From: an uncultured Candidatus Saccharibacteria bacterium
Lineage (GTDB): Bacteria; Patescibacteriota; Minisyncoccia; Phycocordibacterales; G965230995
DNA: 64,000 nt
NCBI GenBank assembly: GCA_965230995.1
Contig: OZ246398.1
Location: 400,213 to 464,212 of the forward strand
Reading direction: 5' to 3'
The notes under the pieces were generated by a model. That model was not told the origin of the DNA, ran no database searches, and was given only the letters and a program-made list of their open reading frames with translations. Made by a program: the position numbers and the translations under genes. Below are positions 37,460 through 46,475 of this stretch, one piece after another (position 1 is the stretch's first letter; the number at the start of each line of letters is the position of its first letter).

Positions 37460-39166
37460 ATGAGTACAAATTATTTAATTTACGGCCGTGTTTCTACCTC
37501 TCGTCAGGCCGAACGAGAATTAAGTATTCCGGCACAGGTCAAAGCGTGCCAAAAGTATGGAATGGATCATCATTGGAATTTACTTCCCGATGGCATCTAC
37601 GAGGAAAAAGGCGAATCCGCAAGAACGACTGATCGTCCACAGCTCCAGAAAATGCTTCATCGAGCAAAGACGGACAGCAAGGTTGATGTCATCTTAGTCC
37701 ACAAGCTTGATCGTATGTGTCGCAATGTGGCTGATTACGCCGCCATTAAGATGATGCTTAAAAAGCACGATGCCAAACTCGTTTCAGTGGTTGAACAATT
37801 CGATGAGTCCTTTTCCGGTGAGCTGGTTGAGAACATCATGGCATCGATTGCTCAATGGACTTCACAAAACATCAGCTGGGAGGTCAGGAAGGGTCTTAAA
37901 GAGGCCGTAGAGCGTGGCAGGTTCCCGGGGTATGCACCAATTGGGTATACGAACGATAAAAAGACCAAGTCTCTTATTATTGATAATATTCGAGCCCCTT
38001 ATATAAAACTGGCTTTTGAACTTTACGCCACCGGCAAGTATTCATACGATTCTTTGTCTGCCGAACTTAATAAGCGGGGTCTAAAAAGTAAATCCGGCAA
38101 ACATGTTAATCGCAAATCAATTGAGCATTTTCTTTGCAATCCAATTTACTATGGTTTGATAAAAACTCGATCAGCTACTTGTCAGGCAAACTTTCCGCCT
38201 CTAATTTCTAAAAAACTTTTTGATGATGTTCAGGAGGTAGTCCAACAGCACAATCATTATGCAGACCGTACTCGCAAGCACTCGTATCCTATGGCAGGGT
38301 TTATGAGATGTGCTGTGTGTGGGTCTACGCTCTGCGGACAGATGCAAAAGGGTCATCTTTATTATTCTTGTACTCACTGGCAGGACAAAAACTGTACTGA
38401 ACGCAAATACATGCGATGGGAGGTTGTTGAGGAACAGGTTGCAAACCATTTATCACGGGTTCATTTACCTGATAAGTTTAAGAAGGTACTCGATTCATAT
38501 TTCCAATATTTTGCAAAAGAACGACTCGAACAGGAGGATAAAGAACGCAAGAGTCTCAAGCGTGAGCTTATAAGAGTTCAACAGCAGATTCGCAATATCG
38601 TTGTGGATCGTTCTCAGCGTATCATTGACGCCGATGTCTTTATAAAGATTCAGGACGAGCTTCTTAAGGAGAAGGAAATGTATCAGGATCGCTTGGGTGT
38701 ACTTGAGGGCAAATCTGATAAATTCGTGCAGAAATTTAATGAGTTACTGGACTTCACGGATCATGCCGACAAGGTGTTTAACACCAGCTCAATGCATCAA
38801 AAACGCACTCTGATGAAGCTTTGTTTTGAGGGGTTCACTGTCAGTAATCAAAAACTGACGCCGATATGGACGCCAGTCTTTGATGTTCTTATGGATTTGC
38901 AAGTTTCCAAACTCGAACCACCGAAACCGTCAAAGGGCTTGAAAACCCTTGCAGTTTCTAAGGTTCAAAGTTGGAAATCTGGCGGAAGAGGAGGGATTCG
39001 AACCCTCGATGGGCTTTCGCCCATACCAGTTTTCGAAACTGGGACATTCAGCCTCTCTGCCACTCTTCCGTATGTAGATAGCCTATCACTTTTTGCATTT
39101 TTTACAAAAAATGTTATATTATTCCAGTCGGTTTGGTGTCTACCAAATCCACGGCCTTATCGTTAA
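37460..39166 (+). CDS. Large serine recombinase (phage integrase)
   Basis: Catalytic motif IYGRVSTSRQ, a recombinase domain, and the zinc ribbon CAVCGSTLCGQ...YYSCTHW...C. 568 aa. Confidence 0.85.
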   Translation: MSTNYLIYGRVSTSRQAERELSIPAQVKACQKYGMDHHWNLLPDGIYEEKGESARTTDRPQLQKMLHRAKTDSKVDVILVHKLDRMCRNVADYAAIKMMLKKHDAKLVSVVEQFDESFSGELVENIMASIAQWTSQNISWEVRKGLKEAVERGRFPGYAPIGYTNDKKTKSLIIDNIRAPYIKLAFELYATGKYSYDSLSAELNKRGLKSKSGKHVNRKSIEHFLCNPIYYGLIKTRSATCQANFPPLISKKLFDDVQEVVQQHNHYADRTRKHSYPMAGFMRCAVCGSTLCGQMQKGHLYYSCTHWQDKNCTERKYMRWEVVEEQVANHLSRVHLPDKFKKVLDSYFQYFAKERLEQEDKERKSLKRELIRVQQQIRNIVVDRSQRIIDADVFIKIQDELLKEKEMYQDRLGVLEGKSDKFVQKFNELLDFTDHADKVFNTSSMHQKRTLMKLCFEGFTVSNQKLTPIWTPVFDVLMDLQVSKLEPPKPSKGLKTLAVSKVQSWKSGGRGGIRTLDGLSPIPVFETGTFSLSATLPYVDSLSLFAFFTKNVILFQSVWCLPNPRPYR

Positions 39167-39233
39167 ATGAAACAAGAAGAGTTATCGACTATGTTGAATT
39201 TAAAAGGCGGGGTTTACAATTGAATATATAAAT

Positions 39234-39308
39234 GGCCTTATCGTCTAACGGTCAGGACACGGCCTTTTCAAGGCTGTAATCGGGGTTCGATTCCCCGTAA
39301 GGTCACCA
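39234..39308 (+). tRNA. tRNA-Glu (anticodon UUC), with CCA encoded
   Basis: Cloverleaf: acceptor ggcctta/taaggtc, anticodon stem cggcc/ggctg with loop uuUUCaa, and T-arm cggggTTCGAttccccg. Confidence 0.8.
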
Positions 39309-39312
39309 GTAC

Positions 39313-39343
39313 AAAAAAGAGCACACGTTAGTGTGCCTTTTTT
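39313..39343 (+). terminator. Rho-independent terminator after tRNA-Glu
   Basis: aaaaaagaGCACACgttaGTGTGCctttttt. Confidence 0.7.
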
Positions 39344-39346
39344 GTT

Positions 39347-39482
39347 TGGTGACCTTAAGCAAGCAAATAATTTTGCTTGCGTCGGGGAATCGAAAAGGTT
39401 TCCTTTATTTATGAAAAGCTTTGCTTTGAATAAATAGGAAACCTATACTGTCCATGTAATGGAAGATTCCCCGTAAGGTCAC
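39347..39482. repeat. tRNA-Glu-associated composite. It comprises an inverted copy of the tRNA 3' half with a 24-nt hairpin insertion (39347-39394), the shared 20-mer atactgtccatgtaatggaa (39445-39464), and an 18-bp direct copy of the tRNA 3' end (39465-39482).
   Basis: Direct sequence comparison with tRNA 39289-39308. The same architecture follows tRNA-Lys. Confidence 0.75.
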
Positions 39483-39552
39483 TAAAAGGAGATGTATTCT
39501 TGGTGTATTTTAGGGTGTTTTAACAAGTTCTCAGAGCTGATATAATTAAATT

Positions 39553-39786
39553 ATGGAAAACACACCAAGTTTTGAAAAAGAGAGACCTTTACCATTTCGC
39601 ACAATAAGAAAAATAGTGCTTGAAATTTTACCAACAGGAGAACATGTAGAAGAGGTAATAGAGTGCAACGGTAGTCATCACAGGAAATGTGTAGATGAGA
39701 TTACATATGACTCTGCTGGAAATATTACATATGCAGATCAGCGTTCTAGGGATGAACTTGGTGAATGTGATTGCGCTAAGTCCTAA
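39553..39786 (+). CDS. Hypothetical Cys-containing small protein
   Basis: ORF of 77 aa. No motif recognised. Confidence 0.3.
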   Translation: MENTPSFEKERPLPFRTIRKIVLEILPTGEHVEEVIECNGSHHRKCVDEITYDSAGNITYADQRSRDELGECDCAKS

Positions 39787-39907
39787 TGCTTTAAAATTAG
39801 TTTCTTCTGCTGTATTTTGGTATATTATCGGTTGGATTTTAGGATTTTTTGTTGATGTTACCAAACGAATGATTGCTTAATTGATTGAATGTAGCGTCTG
39901 TTTTTAA

Positions 39908-40675
39908 TTGGTTAAAATGAAAACCTCAAGAAAAATAGTCGCAATAGGTGGTGGAGAAATAGGACGGCCGGGCTTTCCTGTCGAAACTACTTTGATTGAT
40001 AAAGAAATAATTAGACTTTCTGGTAAAAGTAAACCAAACCTACTTTTTATCCCAACTGCCAGCTCTGATTCCGAAGGATATTTTAAAGTAGTAGAAAAAC
40101 ATTTTGGAAAAAGACTTGGTTGCAATGTATCTTGTTTATGGCTGATAAAAGAAAAACCATCTAAAGATAAAATTTCTGAAGCAATAAATTCTGCCGATAT
40201 AATCTATGTTGGTGGTGGTAATACATTAAAAATGATCCGCATTTGGCGGAAATATGGCGTTGATAAAATGCTTATCAAGGCATGGAAAAATGGCACAGTC
40301 CTATCTGGTCTGAGCGCCGGTTCTATATGCTGGTTTTCTAATGGATTATCTGATTCTAGAAGATTTAAGAATCCTAATGCTGGGCTCATAAAAGTAAGTG
40401 GACTTGGTTTGATACCTGCTCTACATTCACCACATTTTGATTCTGAGCCAGAGAGAAGAGTCGAGCTATCAAGGATAATGAAGAACACAAAAGGAGTTGC
40501 TATCGCTCTTGAAAATTGCTGTGCGATAGAATTCGTGGATGATAAATATCGCGTAATTGTATCTAAACCAAAAGCCAAAGCTTATAAAACATATTATAAA
40601 AAAGGAAAATATTACGAAGAGGAAATTTTAAGAGAAAATAATTTTCAAGATATGAATTTACTACTTGAAAAGTAG
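39908..40675 (+). CDS. Peptidase S51 family (cyanophycinase / dipeptidase E-like)
   Basis: Motifs IYVGGGNT and GLSAGSICW (nucleophile Ser). Confidence 0.75.
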   Translation: MVKMKTSRKIVAIGGGEIGRPGFPVETTLIDKEIIRLSGKSKPNLLFIPTASSDSEGYFKVVEKHFGKRLGCNVSCLWLIKEKPSKDKISEAINSADIIYVGGGNTLKMIRIWRKYGVDKMLIKAWKNGTVLSGLSAGSICWFSNGLSDSRRFKNPNAGLIKVSGLGLIPALHSPHFDSEPERRVELSRIMKNTKGVAIALENCCAIEFVDDKYRVIVSKPKAKAYKTYYKKGKYYEEEILRENNFQDMNLLLEK

Positions 40676-40709
40676 TGGGGGATAAGATTTTGTACAGATA
40701 TGTACAAAA

Positions 40710-41330
40710 TTGTATTTGTTGTGTATAATAATTGTGGAATTGAGGCTTGAAACTTTGTGTCACAAACTGACGGAGGCTCACATGAGTGCTTTCACTGACG
40801 GCGTTGTTCGCGCAGCTGACGGGGTGTTCGGGATCCAACTCAACCGTGAATGGTTCGTCAAGAACGGCTGGAAGATCGCCACGGCTGCCCTCCTGATCGT
40901 CACGGTTGTCTTTGTGAAGTTGTACCTCACAACCAAGGACAAGCTTGAGGGCTATCAGGCTCATGAAGCGGAGCTGTACGTTCCGCCCATCACTGGTGGG
41001 CAGACGAGCATCTCCAAGCTCGTGTACACCGGCAAGGTGTACCCGAGCGAGGTCTATCAGGTCGTTGCTAACGGCAGGGTGATAGTGAGTGAGCCGGATG
41101 GCCTGCCGCTCGTCAACGTGAACATCCGTCTGCTCGACGGGTCGGTTACGGACCGGACGGTCGTCTTTTCGGGAAGCGACCAAGAGATGAGCAGTGTCCA
41201 GTTTGGAACTCTGCTGGACTACGCGGTTAGGCTCGTCAACTCGACACCTGTCTCGCCCGGCACAGGCATGATCGAAATCGTTTTCCCGATCAGGGACACG
41301 GCATTGCCTGTTACTCTCATCGGGCAGTAG
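40710..41330 (+). CDS. GC-rich membrane-anchored hypothetical protein. The likely true start is the ATG at 40782.
   Basis: The high-GC ORF has an N-terminal TM helix, KIATAALLIVTVVFV. The antisense ORF 40563-41183 is judged spurious. Confidence 0.4.
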   Translation: MYLLCIIIVELRLETLCHKLTEAHMSAFTDGVVRAADGVFGIQLNREWFVKNGWKIATAALLIVTVVFVKLYLTTKDKLEGYQAHEAELYVPPITGGQTSISKLVYTGKVYPSEVYQVVANGRVIVSEPDGLPLVNVNIRLLDGSVTDRTVVFSGSDQEMSSVQFGTLLDYAVRLVNSTPVSPGTGMIEIVFPIRDTALPVTLIGQ

Positions 41331-41424
41331 TCACACCCACCCAAGGGGCAGGAAATCTGCTCCGCAAGGGTGGGTTTTCTGTATATAGTTTTGATAAAAA
41401 ACGATATTTTGGTATAAATATCTG

Positions 41425-42168
41425 ATGGATATACAACCAATTGTGCTTGCTGGAGGAAAGGGGACGAGGATGGAAAGTGAATTACCAAAAGTCTTGGTAC
41501 CTCTCAAAGGTAAACCATTAGTTTCTTATTTATTCGATACTATCGAAAGTATAAAAGATTTACCCAAACCAATCGCTGTGATTGGTTATGGCAGGGAAGA
41601 GGTAAAAAAAGTTTTAGGAGACAGATGTCTTTACGCGGTGCAAGAAGAACAGCTCGGCACGGGGCACGCTGTTTCTTGTGCTCTTGATCAAGTGAGCATG
41701 CCATCTGTAATTGTAATGTATGGAGATATGCCTTTTATCTCAAAAGATGATTTGCTGAAAATGATCGATACTCACAATAGAGAAAAAAATGTTCTCACTA
41801 TGGTGACTGTAACCGTTCCAGATTTTAATGAAGAAAGAAAAAATGTTGAAAGATATGGTAGAGTAATTAGAAAAGATGGAAAAGTAGTAGAGACTATTGA
41901 ATATAAAGACGCAAGCGAAGAGATTAGGTTGATAAAAGAACTTACACCGTCATATTTTGTTTTTGATACAAAATGGCTCAAAGATAGTATAGGAATGATA
42001 AAAGCTGAAAATGTTCAGCACGAATATTATCTTCCAGATTTGGTCAAAATAGCTATTATGCAGGGAAAAACCATATCTACTGTAACTCTTGATTACAAGA
42101 GCGTTTTAGGGGCAAATACAAGGCAAGAATTGGCTGTTTTAGAGGATATTTTGGATAAAAAGAGATAA
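41425..42168 (+). CDS. Sugar-phosphate nucleotidyltransferase (GlmU N-terminal-like NTP-transferase)
   Basis: N-terminal motif LAGGKGTRMESELPKVL. Confidence 0.7.
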   Translation: MDIQPIVLAGGKGTRMESELPKVLVPLKGKPLVSYLFDTIESIKDLPKPIAVIGYGREEVKKVLGDRCLYAVQEEQLGTGHAVSCALDQVSMPSVIVMYGDMPFISKDDLLKMIDTHNREKNVLTMVTVTVPDFNEERKNVERYGRVIRKDGKVVETIEYKDASEEIRLIKELTPSYFVFDTKWLKDSIGMIKAENVQHEYYLPDLVKIAIMQGKTISTVTLDYKSVLGANTRQELAVLEDILDKKR

Positions 42169-42199
42169 TTTAAACAAAAACGCCGTTAGGCGTTTTTGT

Positions 42200-43123
42200 T
42201 TATCTTCGTCTTAGCCATTGATATAAATCTTCGAGGGCTCTTACTGCGTCACCTGCTGCTATGTTGTTTTGGTGATAGAGTCCATCTGTACAATCTCCCG
42301 CTGCCCATATTCCGTCCGTGGAGGTTCTCTGAGTCTTTGGATCTACGATAATTTGTTTAATCTCGTTCATTGATACAATGCCTTCGGCATAATTTGTTGC
42401 GGGTATTAAACCAATCTCAACAAATATACCTTTTACGGGAAGCTCGAATAATTCACTATTAGTTTTGTTTTTAAGTGTTATACTCTCTACAAATTTATCG
42501 CCTTTAATTTCCACAACATCAGTATTCACTAGAGCCTTTACATTTTTGTGTGCAAGAACTTTTGATACGGTTATTTCATCAGCACGGAATTTTTCGCTTC
42601 GGTTTATGACTGTAACTGTTTTGCAGTATGCAAGAAGCTGTGCAGTTGATTCGAAACCTGCGTTTCCTGCACCAATTACAGCAACATCTTGGCCAGAGAA
42701 AAGAGGTCCATCGCAAGATGCACAATATGTAAGTCCCTTGTTTTCAAATTTATCTGCTCCTGGAACTGTTAATTTTCTGCGACTACTGCCTGTCGCAATT
42801 AAAACGCTTTTTGTATTGAATTGGTTTTTCTCGGTGGATACAACAAAAGTGCCGTCATCATTTTTTTTGATAGATTGAACTCTTTCTCCGGTGTGAATCT
42901 TTAGGATGTCGCCTTCGTATTTTCGAACGTGATTTTCAAAACTTTTTGCCAAATCTCTACCAGATATTGAAGGTGTACCAATCCAATTTTGAATATCGTC
43001 TGACACAGAAGACTGCCCGCCGAATTCTTCGGTTATGAGAAGTGTTTTTAAAAGCTTTCTTGAGGCATAAACTGCACCTGCTGTTCCACCCGGACCTCCA
43101 CCAATTATTACAAGATCGTACAT
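42200..43123 (-). CDS. trxB: Thioredoxin-disulfide reductase
   Basis: FAD motif VIIGGGPGG, redox-active CASCDG, and NADPH motif GAGNAG. Confidence 0.85.
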   Translation of the reverse strand: MYDLVIIGGGPGGTAGAVYASRKLLKTLLITEEFGGQSSVSDDIQNWIGTPSISGRDLAKSFENHVRKYEGDILKIHTGERVQSIKKNDDGTFVVSTEKNQFNTKSVLIATGSSRRKLTVPGADKFENKGLTYCASCDGPLFSGQDVAVIGAGNAGFESTAQLLAYCKTVTVINRSEKFRADEITVSKVLAHKNVKALVNTDVVEIKGDKFVESITLKNKTNSELFELPVKGIFVEIGLIPATNYAEGIVSMNEIKQIIVDPKTQRTSTDGIWAAGDCTDGLYHQNNIAAGDAVRALEDLYQWLRRR

Positions 43124-43184
43124 AGCTGTTTGTTAAATGTTATTAAACCATTTTAACAGATAGGTGGAGAAAGGACAAAAGAAG

Positions 43185-43205
43185 TGCCCCCGCCGTAGGC
43201 GGGGG
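43185..43205. terminator. Bidirectional GC hairpin terminator between trxB and ftsZ
   Basis: gcccccgcc-gta-ggcgggggc. Confidence 0.6.
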
Positions 43206-43216
43206 CGCTTCAATTC

Positions 43217-44380
43217 TTATTTTATTTTAGATCTTCGCAAGAAAGCTGGAACTGCACCCCAATCGTCATCGTCATCTTCTGTATTTTCTGTCTTCTTTTT
43301 TTGTTCAGGTTCTTTTTCTGGGTTTGGTATCGAATTAAAGATTCTGCCTTTTTTTTGCTCTGGTTCCTTGTCTTTCTTTTCAATGTGTTCAACAGAAATT
43401 GATGGTCGTCTGGTTATCTGTTGTCCTTCTGGAAAACCAGATGCAATGACTGTTATTTTTACTTCACCTTTCTTTAATTTGTCATCGTAAATAGTACCAA
43501 AGATTATTTTTGCATCTGGATCTGCTGATTCTGTGATAATTTTTGCGGCGTCTTGTATTTCGAACATTGTGAGATCCTCACCGCCAGAAATTGAGAACAA
43601 AACACCCTTTGCTCCATTGATTGATATATCAAGAAGGGGAGAGTTGATTGCCATTTTTGCTGCCTCTTCTGCTCGTTTTTCACCAGTCGCAGTTCCAATT
43701 CCCATTAGTGCCGGTCCAGCATTTTCCATAATCGCCCTAATATCAGCAAAGTCTATGTTAATCTTTCCGGGTGTTGTAATGAGATTAGAAATTCCTTCAA
43801 CTGCCTGTCTCAAGATTTCATCACACATAGCGAATGCGCTGATTGCTGTTGTGTTTTTGTCTATATTTACCAAAAGCCTGTCATTTGGAATGACTATTAT
43901 TGCATCAACATTTTGTTTAAGTTCTGTGAGACCAGCATCTGCGAGTCTCATTCTCTGTTGTCCTTCAAAGAAAAAAGGTTTTGTTACAACAGCAACTGTG
44001 AGGGCACCGAGCTCTTTCGCTGTTCTTGCAATAATAGGGGAAACACCTGTTCCGGTTCCGCCACCAAGCCCACCTGCAATAAAAACCATATCAGCACCCT
44101 TGATTGATTCCTGAATTTCTTCGAGTGTTTCTTCGGCTGCTCTTTTGCCAATATCAGGATTCATTCCGGTTCCTAATCCTCGTGTCAGATTTTTGCCGAT
44201 GTGAATTTTTTTCTTTGCTGAGGAATTATGCAAATCTTGTGAATCGGTATTAATCGCAATGAAATCAACTCCTTTAACTTTGGAATTGATCATATGGTTG
44301 GTTGCATTTTTTCCCGATCCTCCAACGCCAATGACTTTTATTCTGGCGAATGCTTCTACTTCTGGTTTTACTTGTGGCAT
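43217..44380 (-). CDS. ftsZ: Cell division protein FtsZ
   Basis: Tubulin signature GGLGGGTGTG, NTDSQDL, and a C-terminal acidic tail. Confidence 0.9.
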   Translation of the reverse strand: MPQVKPEVEAFARIKVIGVGGSGKNATNHMINSKVKGVDFIAINTDSQDLHNSSAKKKIHIGKNLTRGLGTGMNPDIGKRAAEETLEEIQESIKGADMVFIAGGLGGGTGTGVSPIIARTAKELGALTVAVVTKPFFFEGQQRMRLADAGLTELKQNVDAIIVIPNDRLLVNIDKNTTAISAFAMCDEILRQAVEGISNLITTPGKINIDFADIRAIMENAGPALMGIGTATGEKRAEEAAKMAINSPLLDISINGAKGVLFSISGGEDLTMFEIQDAAKIITESADPDAKIIFGTIYDDKLKKGEVKITVIASGFPEGQQITRRPSISVEHIEKKDKEPEQKKGRIFNSIPNPEKEPEQKKKTENTEDDDDDWGAVPAFLRRSKIK

Positions 44381-44489
44381 ATTGTGGTTTGTCCGTTTAA
44401 TATTGGATATATAATATCAGATGAGGTGGTAAATAGAAACATCTTGAAAAAGCAATTTATTTGTGTTTTTATTGGCAACCAGTTTTGTA

Positions 44490-45662
44490 TTATGGGAGAA
44501 ATTGTTTGAACCAAGAACCAATTTTTTTGATTGCAGTATCCATATTAAATACAGGATGAGAGATTTCATTTTCTGAAAGTCCCAAAACACATAATCCATA
44601 GGCGACAGACCAAAAAGCATCGTCAATATTTTCCTTTGTGTCATAGGAACTAAGTCCTGCAATTCGAGAGGGAAGTTTCAAAACTGATTTTGCAAGATCG
44701 CTTGCTGTAGTTACGCCAGCGCTTCCTCCTGTTAGGATTATTCCAGCAGGCAGTAACCCGCTTCTGCCTATTTTTTTGAGATGACTGTCTATCAGTTCAA
44801 ACATATCATTTAATCTGGCTTCTACTATTTCTTCGAGTTTTTTTCGCGGGTAGAGAGATGTGCCTATTCCGTGTTTTTTTATTTCTTCGGCTTCTTCGAG
44901 AGATATTTTTAATCCTAAAGCTATGTCGTTTGTAATGTCAGCCCCACCGATAGGAAATACTTCGAGTGAAATCGGAATGTTATTTTCAAAGACGACGATA
45001 GAGAGTGTTTCTGCACCGATATTGGCAAGAACGCACCCAGCCATCTTTTGGGCTTTTGAAAGGGTAATGAAGCTAGCAGCAATTGGTGAAGCTAAAACAT
45101 CAATAACGTGAACGCCGGCACTTTCGGTTGCCTCGATCAAGTCTTCCAAATGTCTTTCGATTGCTGTTATGAAAAGAATAGTTGCTTCTAATTTTACCCC
45201 CCGCATCCCAGCTGGGTGTCCTAGTACGGGTTTGTCATCGATTCTATATTCAAGCGGAATTGTGTGTACGATTTTGCGATTGATAGATTCTGATTTTGGT
45301 ATTGCTTCTTGTGCTATTTCTGTAACTTTTTCTAGGTCTAATTCTGTAATTTCTAAATCCGCTTTTGATATGATAACGGAACCTTTTGATGTAACGCTAG
45401 AAAGACCAACTCCACCGATAGATAAATAGGCGTTTTCTATTGCAACACCAGCAGTTCTTTCGGCTTCCGTGACGGCCTGTCTGACGCTTCTGCCGACATC
45501 TGCGCTGTTTATAAGATAACCATGACGAAGGCCTTTTGATTCTGCAAGTCCAGTTCCGATTATATGAGGAAAACGCTGGCCAACGCCTTTTGTGTATTCT
45601 GTCACAACTACTTTTACTTGTGACGAACCTATATCAATGCCAGCAGTAATAATCTTTTTCAT
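44490..45662 (-). CDS. ftsA: Cell division protein FtsA
   Basis: Actin-like ATPase start GIDIGSSQVKVVV. Sits upstream of ftsZ. Confidence 0.85.
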   Translation of the reverse strand: MKKIITAGIDIGSSQVKVVVTEYTKGVGQRFPHIIGTGLAESKGLRHGYLINSADVGRSVRQAVTEAERTAGVAIENAYLSIGGVGLSSVTSKGSVIISKADLEITELDLEKVTEIAQEAIPKSESINRKIVHTIPLEYRIDDKPVLGHPAGMRGVKLEATILFITAIERHLEDLIEATESAGVHVIDVLASPIAASFITLSKAQKMAGCVLANIGAETLSIVVFENNIPISLEVFPIGGADITNDIALGLKISLEEAEEIKKHGIGTSLYPRKKLEEIVEARLNDMFELIDSHLKKIGRSGLLPAGIILTGGSAGVTTASDLAKSVLKLPSRIAGLSSYDTKENIDDAFWSVAYGLCVLGLSENEISHPVFNMDTAIKKIGSWFKQFLP

Positions 45663-45760
45663 AGAAAAATAGCCTTACTTGATATTGTACTAAATATATA
45701 CACACACGAAAAGGCACAGTAAAAATATTTACCTGTGAATAAGATTAATTTAAAAATAAT

Positions 45761-46147
45761 TTAGATTGAAAACTTGTTTCTAAAATCAGCTTCTATTTTT
45801 TCCATTTTTTCTCCGTGGTCATATCCAAGCAAATGTACAAGTCCGTGTAAAAAAACAAATTCCAAATAATTTTCTGATGTCCTGCCAAATAATTTTGATT
45901 TTTTATCTGCTATCTCTATACAAATATATATTTCTCCCATTTCATCTGAAATAGGGAAAGATAAAATGTCCGTCGCTCTATCTATGCCCCTGTGTTTTTT
46001 GTTTAAAGATTGAATTTTCTTTTTTCCAACAAAAGTCAGATCAAGTTCGTATTGATTTTTTAAAACAGAATTTTTTATCTGCTCAAAACGCAAGCTGGGA
46101 AGCTTGCGTTTTGTTGTGTTGTAGATGTTTGTATTACCTTGGTTCAT
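45761..46147 (-). CDS. ybeY: rRNA maturation endoribonuclease YbeY
   Basis: Motif HGLVHLLGYDH. Confidence 0.85.
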   Translation of the reverse strand: MNQGNTNIYNTTKRKLPSLRFEQIKNSVLKNQYELDLTFVGKKKIQSLNKKHRGIDRATDILSFPISDEMGEIYICIEIADKKSKLFGRTSENYLEFVFLHGLVHLLGYDHGEKMEKIEADFRNKFSI

Positions 46148-46389
46148 TATTGTCTCCTGAAAGTAGGCATTGGCATTTTTCCAAGCTTTATTTGTTCCTC
46201 GATATTTTCCTTGAATTTTATTGCCTGAACTTTTTCTTTGTTCTTTCGGAATTTTGTAACAGGTCTTCCGCTGTATCTGATTCCTCTAACCCTAGGAAGA
46301 ACACCTGAGTTTTGAACTTTTTTTGTGAAGCGTCGCAATATGCTGCCCGCTGTTTCGTTTTCTTTTCGTTTTACTTCAACGTTTATCAT
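46147..46389 (-). CDS. rpsU: 30S ribosomal protein S21
   Basis: A small basic protein with the conserved S21 core ...AGSILRRFTKKVQNSGVLPRVRG... Confidence 0.6.
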   Translation of the reverse strand: MINVEVKRKENETAGSILRRFTKKVQNSGVLPRVRGIRYSGRPVTKFRKNKEKVQAIKFKENIEEQIKLGKMPMPTFRRQ

Positions 46390-46475
46390 AGTGGCTGTAA
46401 TCCTAACACAACTTTAAAAACAGTTCAAGTGCTAAAAAGGCTATTTTTGCCCTTGTTTTAAGCCATTTTTTAGGG

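Larger units (their letters stand above)
1359..39233. mobile_element. Integrated prophage (podovirus-like). Order is lysis, virion/tail, capsid, terminase, ParB/MTase, DGR and defence cargo, cro/cI, then large serine integrase next to tRNA-Glu. The left boundary is uncertain.
   Basis: Colinear phage gene order on the - strand (TerS, TerL, portal, scaffold, MCP, tail fibres, holin/amidase). A cI/cro module and a serine recombinase abut tRNA-Glu. Confidence 0.6.

Noticed and set aside
40563-41183. 206-aa - strand ORF overlapping the GC-rich + strand gene
   Set aside because: It lies antisense within a GC-rich block. Only the + strand product has a plausible TM helix and is followed by a terminator.
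43533-44114. + strand ORFs of 193 aa and 64 aa inside ftsZ
   Set aside because: They are antisense to a highly conserved ftsZ gene.
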